Assembly: GCA_001661245.1 (NCBI GenBank)
Contig: KV454014.1
Coordinates: 289,559-353,558 of the forward strand
DNA: 64,000 nucleotides
Source: Pachysolen tannophilus NRRL Y-2460
Taxonomy: Eukaryota
Reading direction: 5' to 3'
Shown: positions 37,001-47,900 of the stretch, piece after piece
Position numbering within the stretch: position 1 is the first letter of the stretch
Layout: every line of letters begins with the position of its first letter
Made by a program: the position numbers and the translations under genes
The notes under the pieces: generated by a model
Told to the model about the DNA's origin: nothing
Database searches by the model: none
The model's input: only the letters and a program-made list of their open reading frames with translations

Positions 37001-38005
37001 ACAGAGTTTTGTTCCCCTTCATCACCAACTAGATTGTGTGAAGTTTGTTATGCAAATCATCAATATGATTTTGTTACAATGGATGGTTTCCCTGAAGGAT
37101 CTGATTTTATAAAATTTTTCCAACAATGGATAAATTCTAATAGTGATGGTGAATGTCCATTGGGAGGAAAAGCACCTTATTCACATGCAATAAAATTTAA
37201 CTCTAATGATTCCAACCTGATGTCTTCATATTTTAGAACTTCTCATAAACCGTTAAGATCTCAAGACGATTTCATCGAAGCTTATAGATCTTCATTAAAA
37301 TTAATTGATGAATTGGTTAAATTAACTGGAATTGAGAAACTTTTTTCTTATTCACCTTTCTATATTTTTTTCGTTCAATATGAAACTATTGTGAAATTAA
37401 CTTTTACTTTAATTGCAGTTGCTTTATTCATTATTTTATTGATTTCATCAACTTTATTAGGATCAATTAGAATCAGTGGGTTATTGGTATCTACTGTAAT
37501 TTTCATATTGACTGATATAGCTGGTATCATGTCACTTTGGAATATTTCATTAAACGCAGTCAGTCTAGTGAATTTAATAATCTGCATTGGTTTAGCTGTT
37601 GAATTTTGTACACATATAGCAAGAGGCTACACTTTCCAAGATAGAACCTTGATTTCTCCAGAATCACAAGCAGAATCAAAAATTAATGATACACAATCAA
37701 TAAGAGCATTTAATACTTTGATAAATATAGGTGGATCAGTTTTCAGCGGCATAACAATGACAAAATTCATAGGAATATTGGTTTTATACTTTACAAGATC
37801 AAAAATTTTTGAAATATATTATTTCAGAATGTGGTTCAGCTTAGTTATAGTTTCATCTTTACATAGCTTGATATTCTTACCTGTATTGTTATCCTATTTT
37901 GGTGGTGAAGGTTATTGCTTCTCAGAAAATACAAGCTTTGTCGGCACTGACCTATTGGATAGATTACTGGCATACGAGAATGAAAACAGTTACGACTCCG
38001 ACTGA
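34061..38005 (+). CDS. NCR1: Niemann-Pick C1-like vacuolar sterol transporter
   Basis: Cys-rich N-terminal domain (CALYGSCGKKS, CPACKENF), sterol-sensing domain (IIAEVIPFLILAIGVDN), GLAVEFCTHI. Confidence 0.97.
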   Translation: MMLLRVILGLLVTRFVVVLALFEVADITPIHQEGYCALYGSCGKKSLFGSELPCASNVEAVEPSMKELDLLKEICGWDNVDKVCCNENQLVDLKSNLQKVNPLISSCPACKENFYQFFCHFTCSSNQSLFVNVTETMISPITQKEIVTELDEFVNDDYVSGFFNSCKNIKFSASNGYAMDLIGGGAKTYKEFLKFLGDEKPLLGGSPFQINYKYENDGIEDNTISPINFTSYACNDTDYKCACSDCQNSCPVLPLASVHKHCTVGIMPCFSFSIIMIYILLISGGLAFYLKRNSKKYLFANPLLVTDELGTADDDDDDDDVNFLNDGSLVLSSYLLNDYLESCFCKLGLYCALYPATIIATSLIIVTALSSLMFLIKLEKNPINLWVSSDAESFKQKQMFDKNFGPFYRSEQVFIVDDSPNNDNNAGSILDNYSTLKWWFEKENEIKNLAYTNNRTGTITTLDDICFRPMEDSSCVIESFTQYFQGDINLFPESQYKQKLKNCIDSPVNCLPDFQQPLKKELLFGGYEDDDLLTSKAIVITFVINNSNEEDSDYMENVSNWEKILEDYLLNLQNITLNDNSKNIRLSFNTEISLEKELNKSTNTDIKIIVISYLVMFAYASLALGGTITFFNVQTLITTKFSLGLIGIFVVLLSVTSSAGLCALFGVKSTLIIAEVIPFLILAIGVDNIYLITHELQRFNKNLSDNYESIPERIAKTLGKIGPSIMISSLSQFLCFMLATFVSMPAVKNFAKYSAGAVVINTALQLTAFVSLLSLDQKRTENNRLDCFPCVKADGRILLPSENRNGTDTILSRSIIPELLENNKNTSGNFLTKFIKNYYAPFILQKKAKKFILGIFFIWFGTSLTLLPGIKFGLDQRIALPNDSYLIDYFNDVYRYLNVGPPVYFVVDDLNVTSRENQQKICGKFPSCNEFSLLNVLEEETKRPNSSFIIEPPSSWLDDFLLWLNPELDQCCKFKKNTNETEFCSPSSPTRLCEVCYANHQYDFVTMDGFPEGSDFIKFFQQWINSNSDGECPLGGKAPYSHAIKFNSNDSNLMSSYFRTSHKPLRSQDDFIEAYRSSLKLIDELVKLTGIEKLFSYSPFYIFFVQYETIVKLTFTLIAVALFIILLISSTLLGSIRISGLLVSTVIFILTDIAGIMSLWNISLNAVSLVNLIICIGLAVEFCTHIARGYTFQDRTLISPESQAESKINDTQSIRAFNTLINIGGSVFSGITMTKFIGILVLYFTRSKIFEIYYFRMWFSLVIVSSLHSLIFLPVLLSYFGGEGYCFSENTSFVGTDLLDRLLAYENENSYDSD

Positions 38006-38253
38006 AACACTGAAACACTGAAACACCTTTTCAACTTCCTTTCATCTCCTCAATATAATATATAGTTGTTCTTGTCTATTGATTTAAAAGTTCATTTTAA
38101 AATATATGAAAAACTCTGGTAGTGTAAATGGCTTGTAATCTTTTTCCGAGCATTTAAGAAGATGATCATGGAAAGTTCTAATCTTTTGAACGTAGAGTAA
38201 ACTTGAAAATACTAGGAATTTTAGAGATTATTAAGATATTGGAAAAGATAGGA

Positions 38254-38932
38254 ATGATTAGTGTTGTGAGAAGCAGAGCATCTTATTTGTTGTTTAAACA
38301 AAGTGCAAGGCCAAGTTCTTTCTTGGTTAGAACCGGTACAAAATCGTTGTCGTCTTTATGTACAACTACAAAATCAAGCGGTATTAATAATAATAGTAAT
38401 GGTCATAGACCATCATTAATAAAATTGGTTAATAAGCCAACAAGTTTGCTAAGATTCAATTCTACTCCAACGACTACAGATGGGCACTCTATACCAAAAG
38501 AAGTTACCGAGTTATCACAATCTGAGTATAATCATATAGCTGATGAAACTTTGGAAAACATGCTTTGTGATTTGGAAACATTATTGGATACAAAAGATTG
38601 TGGTGATCTGGATATTGAGCTAACGGTAAGTTTATATCAACTAGAGAATTTAAATAAACTAGAGAAATAGCAATTACTAACTGAAGTTTTCTTTTTTTTA
38701 TTTTATATAGAGCGGTATCTTGACTATTGTTTTACCACCAGCAGGAACTTATGTTATTAATAAACAACCTCCAAACAAGCAAATTTGGCTCAGTAGTCCA
38801 ATTTCTGGTCCAAAGAGATATGATTATATCAATGGTGAATGGATCAGTTTGAGAGAGCAAGAAAGGCTATTAGACTTGGTAGGTAAGGAAATTGCTGAAA
38901 CTTTAAAAGTTGATTTTAAATTTTCTCAATAA
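38254..38932 (+). CDS. YFH1: Frataxin; exons 38254-38625 and 38711-38932
   Basis: Presequence, then GTYVINKQPPNKQIWLSSPISGPKRYD. Intron 38626-38710 (GTAAGT...TACTAAC...TAG) joins the two ORFs in frame (IELT|SGILT). Confidence 0.95.
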
Positions 38933-39182
38933 AAAAAAGAGTGCTTAACTAGTGAGTGATGTAATTCACTTGATAGTTGTTAATTTATTATATTGTGTAT
39001 ATATTTGTATTAAAGAACTATTAATAGGTTTTTATGGTATAAAAATTATTTATTATGAATAAAAATCAGGTTCCCAAGATATCATCATTAAATAAGTTGA
39101 GAAAATGACTGCAATTATTACAAAGAAAAGATGGAATTAAGATTAATCATGAGGTTTAAGCAATAATAAAGTGAAATTAAAA

Positions 39183-39221
<39 letters not shown>

Positions 39222-39265
39222 ATTCTATAAAGAATGATTTGCCTTTTTTTTCTTTTTTGCAAATT

Positions 39266-40336
39266 TCAACTTACCAAGACCCAAATCATAAAAAAGAATA
39301 TGATAACAGCAAATATTTTAAACATGAACCATCTATTATTACTTATATTATGATAATACTTCATCAATTCTCTTTGTGCTCCTTGGATATTTAAACTAAT
39401 ATCTTCAACATTTGCATCAATTCTTTGAATTTGTTCACCTTGTTCATTTACCATTGTAGCCAATTGTTGAAATAAATTACCAACTTCATTTATTGTAGAT
39501 TCTATTGTTTCTACTGCTCTACTTCTTTCTTGTAAATAACGACTTGACTCTTGTTGTTGTTCTTCTAAAAGTAATAATTGTTGATCTTGATTTGGTAATG
39601 ATAATAATTCGGAATTTATTGCAGATGTTGCTGGATCTTGATCTAATGAAGAAGAAGATGGTAAAGATGAAAGTAAAAATGGATTATCAGACAGAGTCGG
39701 TGTATTCATTGAAGGTTGAAGTAATTGATTTTGTTGTTGTTGTTGTTGCAGTTGAGAAGATATACTATTACTTGCCATTGATAAAAATTGTTCTTGTCTT
39801 GATTTATTTGCCAATTCATTTTTTTGCCTTATTTCTAATACATTTTTAAATTCTTCACTTACATTTTTAGTCTTTGTATTTAATAATTGAACAACATTTT
39901 TACTAAATAAACCAATTTGATCATTATTATTATTTGAATTATTAAATTTATATTCTCCATTAATATAACCAGATAAATTTTTTAAATTTTTTTCTACCTT
40001 AAATATACTTTGCTTTATAACATATGTTAATTCTTGTATCTCTGTTGATCTATCATCTAAAAATTGATTTCTCTTTGCTAATAAAGCTAATTTTCCTAAT
40101 AATTCTGTTATATGAGCAATATCTTTTGCAATTCCACTTGCCCTCTTACTAAATTCACTTTTATTCACCTGCTGATCCTCCTCATGCTGCTGCTGCAAAC
40201 CTTGATTATGTCCATTATTATTATTATAAACACTATTATTTCTTTGTTTATTCAACCTTGTAAATGATGTAACACATTGCTGAAATTCCGAAGTTCTATC
40301 TTGAATAGATGAATTGTTTATCGGATACAAACTCAT
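39266..40336 (-). CDS. SED5: cis-Golgi t-SNARE, syntaxin 5
   Basis: IQDRTSEFQ, AVETIESTINEVGNLFQQLA SNARE motif, C-terminal transmembrane segment. Confidence 0.96.
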   Translation of the reverse strand: MSLYPINNSSIQDRTSEFQQCVTSFTRLNKQRNNSVYNNNNGHNQGLQQQHEEDQQVNKSEFSKRASGIAKDIAHITELLGKLALLAKRNQFLDDRSTEIQELTYVIKQSIFKVEKNLKNLSGYINGEYKFNNSNNNNDQIGLFSKNVVQLLNTKTKNVSEEFKNVLEIRQKNELANKSRQEQFLSMASNSISSQLQQQQQQNQLLQPSMNTPTLSDNPFLLSSLPSSSSLDQDPATSAINSELLSLPNQDQQLLLLEEQQQESSRYLQERSRAVETIESTINEVGNLFQQLATMVNEQGEQIQRIDANVEDISLNIQGAQRELMKYYHNISNNRWFMFKIFAVIIFFFMIWVLVS

Positions 40337-40462
40337 CTTCTCTAATACATATATTTATAAATATGCAATTACAAGAACAAAAAAAAAAAGACAATTACCA
40401 CCACCAGCAACAACAATTAGATGATACAATAAAATTCATATATTTTAATAATATAATATTTA

Positions 40463-40493
<31 letters not shown>

Positions 40494-40864
40494 CGAATAT
40501 CTTTCATCGTTCCATGTTAAAATATTATTAAAATTGTGCTGGCTTTTAAAAAGGTATAAAATTTGGTTCATTTGCACACGACCATAATTTTTGCTTAATT
40601 TTTGTTTAAATATCTTTTGGAAAAAACGACGACAAAAGAGTTTTAAATAGTGGATTAGATTAATCAAAATAAGTATATTAGCCCCAGGTAATCATAATAG
40701 TAGTAGTAATAATAGTAGTAATGGAAAAAAAAAGGAAAAACAGATTTAAAAAACACAAAAAATAAGTAATTAAGTTGAAAAAAAAAAACAAAAAAAAAAA
40801 AAAAATTATTGAGAAATCAACAAGCATTTAATGGAAAGATGATCAAAAGAGATTTTTTTGATAG

Positions 40865-41572
40865 TCACATTCCCATTTCAGCCTGTAGGGCTCTTAATGC
40901 TTCTTCGTCTTCATCTTCATCTTCTTGTGTTGCAATTTTATGGGCAGGTAACTTAGGTACCCCACTTACGTCTGGCATTTCTAAATTATTATTATTTTTA
41001 TCTTTATCATTAACAACAATAGGTGTTACTTTATTCTTTGTCTGTGTGTCTCCAACCAAGTTTTTATCCAATTCTTCTTGCTGGAGCAGTTCTAATTCTT
41101 CATCCAATTCATCTTCATCAATTTCTTGACCTAAAGGTCTTGATATAGCTTCAGAAATTTCTTGTCCCACATCTAATTGTTCTCTAATTTCATCCATTGT
41201 ATCTTCAACTTTATCCATATCAAAATCACCATGAATTTGTTTTATTGCCTTTGCACCATTCTTCATTACATTCATGGTTTCACTATTTAAATTAGCATTT
41301 TCTATACTAAATAATAATTGTTCTAAATTATCAACTTGTGATTGAATCTTTTCATGTTGAATTTCATAATTTTTTTTCCTTTTTAAAGCCATCTTAGCAG
41401 CTGCTTTATTTGTAGTAATACTCTTCTTTGCAACAACTTGTTGTTCATCAATTTGTCTTTCAAGATGAGCCGATTTTTTATTTAATAAATTAATTTGTTC
41501 TCTTATTTCAACAATCCGTTTTTTTGGCTCATCTTTCTTTTTTTGATTGTTTCCAAAAAAATATGAAAACAT
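40865..41572 (-). CDS. SNF7: ESCRT-III subunit Snf7/Vps32
   Basis: ALKRKK, SIENANLN, IDEDELDEEL, DEEALRALQAEMGM; adjacent to SED5 as in S. cerevisiae. Confidence 0.95.
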   Translation of the reverse strand: MFSYFFGNNQKKKDEPKKRIVEIREQINLLNKKSAHLERQIDEQQVVAKKSITTNKAAAKMALKRKKNYEIQHEKIQSQVDNLEQLLFSIENANLNSETMNVMKNGAKAIKQIHGDFDMDKVEDTMDEIREQLDVGQEISEAISRPLGQEIDEDELDEELELLQQEELDKNLVGDTQTKNKVTPIVVNDKDKNNNNLEMPDVSGVPKLPAHKIATQEDEDEDEEALRALQAEMGM

Positions 41573-42359
41573 GATTGATTGATTAATTATATTCTATAAC
41601 AAGGTAACCCCTCAGTCCCGTCAACCTTCTATTGTCTACCTATAAGAACTCTCTAATATGATTAACAAAAATAAATAATTTTAAAAAAAAAAAACATACA
41701 CAGATTTCAATATCTATTTTCTGGTATCTATCAGCGCTAACATTTTAATTCAACTTTCTTTGTTTAATTGATGGCAACAAATTTACTTTAAACCAAAAAA
41801 TTACCCAATTGAGAATCGAAATAAAATGCACTACTCTAAACGGGGGCTGTTTTTAAGGGGCTTTAGCAAGATTACTTAAAATGGAAAGATAAGCCTTACG
41901 AGCACGACCCGTGACTGGGTTTGGCAAAAAAATCCACGACCGCAAGTATCTTGTTAAAATGCGGTACATTAAAGTGGACGCAAAAAAAAACTAAAAACGC
42001 GTACGCAAAATAGTTTTTTTTCAGCTGTCCGCATTTTAATTAAAAATTCCGCAACTGCGTAATGAAAAAGCGCAAGAAAAAATTTTTTTTTTTTTTTTTT
42101 TTTAAAATTTTTTTTTTTTTTCACTATGTGAACAAGAAGAAGAAGAACAAGAAGAAGAAGAGCTTTTTGTATGTACGCATATAAGTAGTATTTAATAGAT
42201 AATTAATAAAATTAATATTTCTTTTTTTTTCTCTTTTTGGCTTTGTTATATTGGTTTTGGTTTTGAAGAGGTTTATATATTGAAGTGAGGTATAGATAAG
42301 GGAGTTAGGAAGAAGAACAAGAAGAACAAGAAAAAAAAAAATAAAGGTTTATTGGGATC

Positions 42360-45300
42360 ATGCTTAGATCGACGATATCTAAAAGATCATATAGTAGTAA
42401 CAAGAATGTTTTATCAACAACTATTACTACTACAACAACTACTAGTAAGAGGTTTTTAAAATCGGTTTCTATATCTCAGGCTTCGTTATCGACAGATGAG
42501 GTTGGTTCTTCAGCGGGTAATAAGGATTATAATTATACAAAATTTTTCACTGATTTAAAATCTTATGAGAGTGGATTAAAAAGAAGTTATAAGAAATTAC
42601 CAAATACTTCTGTTCATTATTCAAGTCCTAATGATGATATATATAGGTCTTTGAATAGTAGGATTATTGTGAAACAGTGGTCTCTTTTAGAAGCATGTAT
42701 TTCTACAAAAGATTATTTAAGAGCTCAATTTATATTGGATGGATTATATAATTTATGTTGTGATAATAAATCTGATTTATCATCTTTCTTGGATGGTATT
42801 AATCAATATTTACTGAGTTGGTCGATTGATGAGAATGTTAGCATGGATGATTTGAGTAAATGGATGGTTGATGTTAAGAGTAAGTATCCTTTATTGGTAC
42901 CAAATGATAGAACTTTTGCAATATTGATTAATTCTTCAATAAATAAATCAAAGCAAAATCAAAATGATGTTTTAAATAATGATTTTATTCATTTTATTTT
43001 AGAATATAAAAAATCTTCAAATACAGAAAGTTTAAAAGAAGTATTAAAACATTTGGATATTTTTGGATTAGAAAATGTTAGATATTTGAAAAATCATTAT
43101 AATATATCATTTGATGAAATTCCAAGAGAACTTCATGAATTTTTTGAAGCTTTAAAAGGAAATAATATTCCAATTGAAAATATAAATAAAAAAATTATAG
43201 AAAAAAATTTAAAAATTAATGATGAAGAAGAAAAAGAAGAAAAAGAAGAAATAATATCAGCTATAAAACTGGATGTAAAATCATTGGAACAAGATGGAGT
43301 GGGAAAAAATTTAAATACTACTAGTACTGAATATTTTGCTAATGATGATATTGAAATACCAACTTTGAGAAAAGATTCAGAAACTTTAAAAGGTGTAGAT
43401 ACATTTGGTTTAAAAGTTATAAGACATTCATTATTAGGTTTAACATCTAAAAATAAATTACAAATGTTGAAAGATTTTCAAGAAAGATTAGGTTCAAATG
43501 AAATTTTACCATCTTCTATAACAATGTATACAAATACTAAAAATGATGAATTATTGAAAAATGATATTGATTTTTATCATATTTATAGAACATTGCAAAA
43601 TGGGAAACAAAGAGAAGTTTTCGATGCTGTATTAGAAGAATTTAATTTAGAAAGACAAAGATCTTTAGAAGTTAGATCAATTGATGCAGCATCTGAAAAA
43701 TGGAAACATACTTATGAAATGTTACTGAAAAATAATATAATGACTAATCATGATAAAAATATAAATTATTATTTATATAAATGGTATGTACAAGCAGTTG
43801 AATTGGTTAAAGAAGAAGTTCAAAATTGTAAAAATTTAAAAGAATTTGAAAAATCAAAAAATTTAACTCCAGAACAAGAAGCTCAACATAAAGATAGAGA
43901 AATTTATGGACCATATTTGACCTTGGTTAGTCCAGAGAAAATGAGTACCATATGTATATTAGAATTATTAAAAGTTAATGCTGCTTCAAATATCTCTTCT
44001 GGAGTTAGAACTGCAAGATCAGTATTATCTGTTGGAAGAGCTGTTGAATTAGAATATAGAGCTCAAGAATTATTAAAATCAGAAAATGATATTTACAAAA
44101 CTTATAGATCAATTAAGAAAACATCAGAATTTAAAAAATTGGTTACTAAATCAACAGATGAAAAATTTAGAAAATTATTAAATAGAGCTAAAAAAGATCT
44201 TTCTAATAATCAATTTACTTGGTCTCCAGATATTAGAGCTAAAGTTGGAAGTGTCTTAATTTCATTGTTATTACAAGTTGCCAAAATTCAAGTAAATGGT
44301 ACTGATCCAACAACAAATAAAAAAGTTACTGGTGAAGTACCAGCATTTTATCATAGTTATCAATACGTTTCAGGTTCAAGAATTGGTGTTATTAGGTTTC
44401 ACCCAGATTTTGAAAAAAAATTAACTAAAGAAGACATGAACTCTGCTATTGCTCCACAAGGTTTACCAATGTTGGTAAAACCAAGACCTTGGGAAAATTA
44501 TAATAGTGGTGGTTACTTGTATAGTTCGAATCAGATTTTAAGATCTAAAGATAGCATTGAACAACAAGAATATTTAAAAGCTGTTTCAGAGAAAGGTTTA
44601 ATAAATTCAATTTATCAAGGTTTAAACGTATTAGGTGATACTGCATGGACGGTAAATGAAAGACTTTTCAAAATTATTGTCAAAGTTTGGAATACAGGAG
44701 AACCTTATTTGGAAATTCCTGGTATAGTTTCAGAACCGCAATATCCTCCTCCACCACCAAGAGATGTCGACCCTAGTATTAGGAGAAAATGGAAGGTAGA
44801 AGTTCAAAATTTAGCAAATGAATTTAGCAAAAATAGATCACTTCGTTGTGATGCAAATTATAAATTAGAAATTGCAAGGGCATTTTTAGGTGAAAAAATT
44901 TATTTTCCTCATAATTTAGATTTTAGAGGAAGAGCTTATCCTTTATCACCACATTTTAATCATCTTGGTAATGATTTATCAAGAAGTTTATTAATTTTTT
45001 GGAAAGGTAAAGAATTAGGTGAAGGAGGTTTGGACTGGTTGAAAGTACATCTTTCTAACTTGTTTGGATTTGATAAAGTTCCATTAGAAGATAGAATTAA
45101 TTTTGTTAACGAAAATATGGAAAATTTAAAAGATTCTGTAATGGACCCATTAAACGGTAAAGGTTGGTGGAAAAAAGCAGATAAACCATGGCAAGCTTTA
45201 TCTACAATGTTTGAAATTTATGAAGCTACACAATTACCAGATCCTTCCAAATATCTTTCTCATCAGCCAGTTCATCAGGATGGTACTTGTAACGGGTTAC

Positions 45301-46472
45301 AACATTATGCCGCATTAGGTGGTGATATTGAAGGTGCAAAACAAGTCAATTTACTGCCTTCCGATAGACCACAAGATGTTTACTCATATGTTGCGGGCTT
45401 AGTTCAGAAAAGAGTTGATCTTGATGCGGCTAATGGAGTTGAAGATGCTATAAAAGTCCAGGATAAGATAAAAAGAAAAGTTGTCAAGCAAACTGTGATG
45501 ACAAGTGTTTATGGTGTCACATTTGTTGGTGCCAAAGAACAAATTGCTAGACAACTTGTTGACCATTTCCCAGATGAATTAGATTTAAAGTTTGCAAGTG
45601 AATACTTGGCAAGACAAGTTTTTGCCTCTATTAGAGAATTATTTGAAGCTGCACATTTGATTCAGGATTGGTTAGCAGAGTCTGCAAAGAGAATTACCAA
45701 ATCCGTCAGTTTGGATGTTGGCGAAACTGATGCTGAATTCTTATCATCCGTCATATGGACTACTCCCTTAGGTTTACCAATTGTCCAACCATATAGAAGT
45801 ATGGGAAAGAAACAAGTTCATACAAATTTACAAACAGTGTACATTACTGATCCGTTTGCCATAACTCCAGTTGATTCTAGAAAGCAAATGGCTGCATTTC
45901 CACCTAACTTTATCCATTCATTGGATGCATGTCATATGTTATTATCTGCGGTGAAATGTAATGAAGCAAATTTAGATTTTGCTTCAGTTCATGATTCATA
46001 TTGGACACATGCTTGTGATATTGATAAGATGAATGAGATTTTAAGAAAGACTTTTATAAGTTTACATGAAGTTGATCTCATTGCTAAATTAAAAGATGAA
46101 TTTGACAGACGTTATAAAGGTTTCTTACAGGTTATTTCAATTTCCAAGAAAACCGAAGTTGCAAAGAAAATTATTGAATTAAGAAAAGAATTGAGCGCAA
46201 AAAAGGGTGCACCAATTACTTCCAGCGACGAATTACATTTGGAAAGAGAAAGACAAGCTTTATTAAAGTCTGATGATTTAGAAAAACAGAAAATGGGTCA
46301 GCAAATGATCACCACTATTAGTTTAATCGAGAATGAAGATTTATCAACATTAAAATCAAAAACCACAAGTGACACTTTAAAAGTTTTTGCACCTTTTAAA
46401 TTAGATCCTATTCCATCGAAAGGTGATTTTGACGTTAAAGGAATTAAGGACAGTACTTATTTCTTTTCATAA
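42360..46472 (+). CDS. RPO41: Mitochondrial T7-like RNA polymerase
   Basis: HNLDFRGRAYP, HQDGTCNGLQHY, RKVVKQTVMT, FPPNFIHSLDA, SVHDSYWTH, C-terminal YFFS. Confidence 0.98.
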   Translation: MLRSTISKRSYSSNKNVLSTTITTTTTTSKRFLKSVSISQASLSTDEVGSSAGNKDYNYTKFFTDLKSYESGLKRSYKKLPNTSVHYSSPNDDIYRSLNSRIIVKQWSLLEACISTKDYLRAQFILDGLYNLCCDNKSDLSSFLDGINQYLLSWSIDENVSMDDLSKWMVDVKSKYPLLVPNDRTFAILINSSINKSKQNQNDVLNNDFIHFILEYKKSSNTESLKEVLKHLDIFGLENVRYLKNHYNISFDEIPRELHEFFEALKGNNIPIENINKKIIEKNLKINDEEEKEEKEEIISAIKLDVKSLEQDGVGKNLNTTSTEYFANDDIEIPTLRKDSETLKGVDTFGLKVIRHSLLGLTSKNKLQMLKDFQERLGSNEILPSSITMYTNTKNDELLKNDIDFYHIYRTLQNGKQREVFDAVLEEFNLERQRSLEVRSIDAASEKWKHTYEMLLKNNIMTNHDKNINYYLYKWYVQAVELVKEEVQNCKNLKEFEKSKNLTPEQEAQHKDREIYGPYLTLVSPEKMSTICILELLKVNAASNISSGVRTARSVLSVGRAVELEYRAQELLKSENDIYKTYRSIKKTSEFKKLVTKSTDEKFRKLLNRAKKDLSNNQFTWSPDIRAKVGSVLISLLLQVAKIQVNGTDPTTNKKVTGEVPAFYHSYQYVSGSRIGVIRFHPDFEKKLTKEDMNSAIAPQGLPMLVKPRPWENYNSGGYLYSSNQILRSKDSIEQQEYLKAVSEKGLINSIYQGLNVLGDTAWTVNERLFKIIVKVWNTGEPYLEIPGIVSEPQYPPPPPRDVDPSIRRKWKVEVQNLANEFSKNRSLRCDANYKLEIARAFLGEKIYFPHNLDFRGRAYPLSPHFNHLGNDLSRSLLIFWKGKELGEGGLDWLKVHLSNLFGFDKVPLEDRINFVNENMENLKDSVMDPLNGKGWWKKADKPWQALSTMFEIYEATQLPDPSKYLSHQPVHQDGTCNGLQHYAALGGDIEGAKQVNLLPSDRPQDVYSYVAGLVQKRVDLDAANGVEDAIKVQDKIKRKVVKQTVMTSVYGVTFVGAKEQIARQLVDHFPDELDLKFASEYLARQVFASIRELFEAAHLIQDWLAESAKRITKSVSLDVGETDAEFLSSVIWTTPLGLPIVQPYRSMGKKQVHTNLQTVYITDPFAITPVDSRKQMAAFPPNFIHSLDACHMLLSAVKCNEANLDFASVHDSYWTHACDIDKMNEILRKTFISLHEVDLIAKLKDEFDRRYKGFLQVISISKKTEVAKKIIELRKELSAKKGAPITSSDELHLERERQALLKSDDLEKQKMGQQMITTISLIENEDLSTLKSKTTSDTLKVFAPFKLDPIPSKGDFDVKGIKDSTYFFS

Positions 46473-46958
46473 GATAATATATAGTTTACGAAACTTTTTT
46501 TTTTTTTTTTTTTTCATAAAATTTCATTTTTTACATTTTCATTTATGCATTTGTTGGTTTTTATTGTTAATTTGATGTTATAATTTATAAAAATTGGGTG
46601 GTATTTTGCTTTATTTTTCTGTTCATTCTCAAATGTCATGTATATAGGTTACAAATAAAAACAAAAGTAAATTAGCCATTGATAAGCTTGAACTTATTTT
46701 ATAGTTAAATTCAAAATGCCTATCTATTTTGAGCTGAAATAAAATAAAATAAAATAAAGTGAAAAGAAAAAACAAAAAATAATTTAAAAAAATTCAAAAC
46801 CCAAGAGAATGTAAAGAAAGAAATAGCGAGAGTTTTCTACTCAAGGGAAGCAACTTTCAACATTATCAATTGCAGATCTATACCCGTAACATCGCACCAA
46901 AACCAAACCTTTTTTTTTTTATTTTTTTTTCATTTTTTTCTTTAATTATAATTCTTAG

Positions 46959-47900
46959 CTAATTAATAATCTTGCCTTGCAGTTCAAAATTTTCGATCAA
47001 CGGTAATAATGGCTCCAATTCTTTTCTCTCGATTAAATCGAATTCTTTTATGAATGAAATAAAATGAGCAAAAAATGAATTCCAATGAGCTTCTAAACTT
47101 AAATGTAAGATTTTTTCAAAATGGTTGAAATAAATATGAGCAAATATTCTAAACATTTGTCTACAAATATTTTTAATGTCTTTGATAAAATTTGGTGGGA
47201 AAATTATACCATTTTTAGTTGGGAAAATATTTTGATCGTTTAACTTATTTGATATCCAAGTTAATGCTAAATCAATATATTGAGATGCAGGTAAAGAAAC
47301 TTGTCTATTATTATTACCATACCATAAATACTCAGTATTAGCATCTGCCTTCATTGTTGGGTATTTTTCAACAGTGACATATTCTGCCAAGACCCCATAG
47401 AATTGATTCAAATGAGTAAAAGTTTCAAAAACATTTAATGCTAACCACTCTGAAAAATCAACATATTTAGGTAATTGAACAATTGTCTTGAAAGAACCTT
47501 TAACTAATGCAGTCTTCACAAATGGCTCGCATAAGAAAAGTGGCGGCTGCTTTCTGACAGCGACACCACCAGCATGTGCCTGCTGCAAATGCTGTGACTG
47601 CTGTGAAGGCTGCTGCTGCTGCTGCAACTGTGGTTGTTGTACGTTCTGCTGCTGTCCATTATACAGTTTCCCAAATAATAACTGCTGCTGTGACTTATTC
47701 GTATGATTTGTTTGAAAAGATTTAACCGATTGCTTACTTGGTGAATGTGTCCGTCTTAAACTTAATGTCGAGCCATTATTGCTACTATTATATATCGATG
47801 TCTTGGGTTGTTGCAAAATTTGCAGTGTATTATTATTGTTCCCATTATTCTTAGATTTTTTAGAACTTCTCCCAAACCTTATATTACTGAAAAATGACAT
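46959..47900 (-). CDS. MOB2: Mob-family Cbk1 kinase activator
   Basis: FVKTALVKGSFKTIVQLPKYVD, MFRIFAHIY, LEAHWNSFF; near RPO41 as in S. cerevisiae. Confidence 0.95.
   Translation of the reverse strand: MSFFSNIRFGRSSKKSKNNGNNNNTLQILQQPKTSIYNSSNNGSTLSLRRTHSPSKQSVKSFQTNHTNKSQQQLLFGKLYNGQQQNVQQPQLQQQQQPSQQSQHLQQAHAGGVAVRKQPPLFLCEPFVKTALVKGSFKTIVQLPKYVDFSEWLALNVFETFTHLNQFYGVLAEYVTVEKYPTMKADANTEYLWYGNNNRQVSLPASQYIDLALTWISNKLNDQNIFPTKNGIIFPPNFIKDIKNICRQMFRIFAHIYFNHFEKILHLSLEAHWNSFFAHFISFIKEFDLIERKELEPLLPLIENFELQGKIIN

Noticed and set aside
31302..38932. FSF1 and YFH1 as an iron-metabolism gene cluster
   Set aside because: Separated by unrelated genes, and I found no shared motif that I can support
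42360..46472. Phage T7-like RNA polymerase as a prophage or horizontally acquired gene
   Set aside because: It is the ordinary nuclear-encoded mitochondrial polymerase RPO41, with a presequence and a MOB2 neighbour
47488..47706. Cys-rich, metallothionein-looking ORF
   Set aside because: Antisense of the (CAG/CAA)n poly-Gln tract of MOB2
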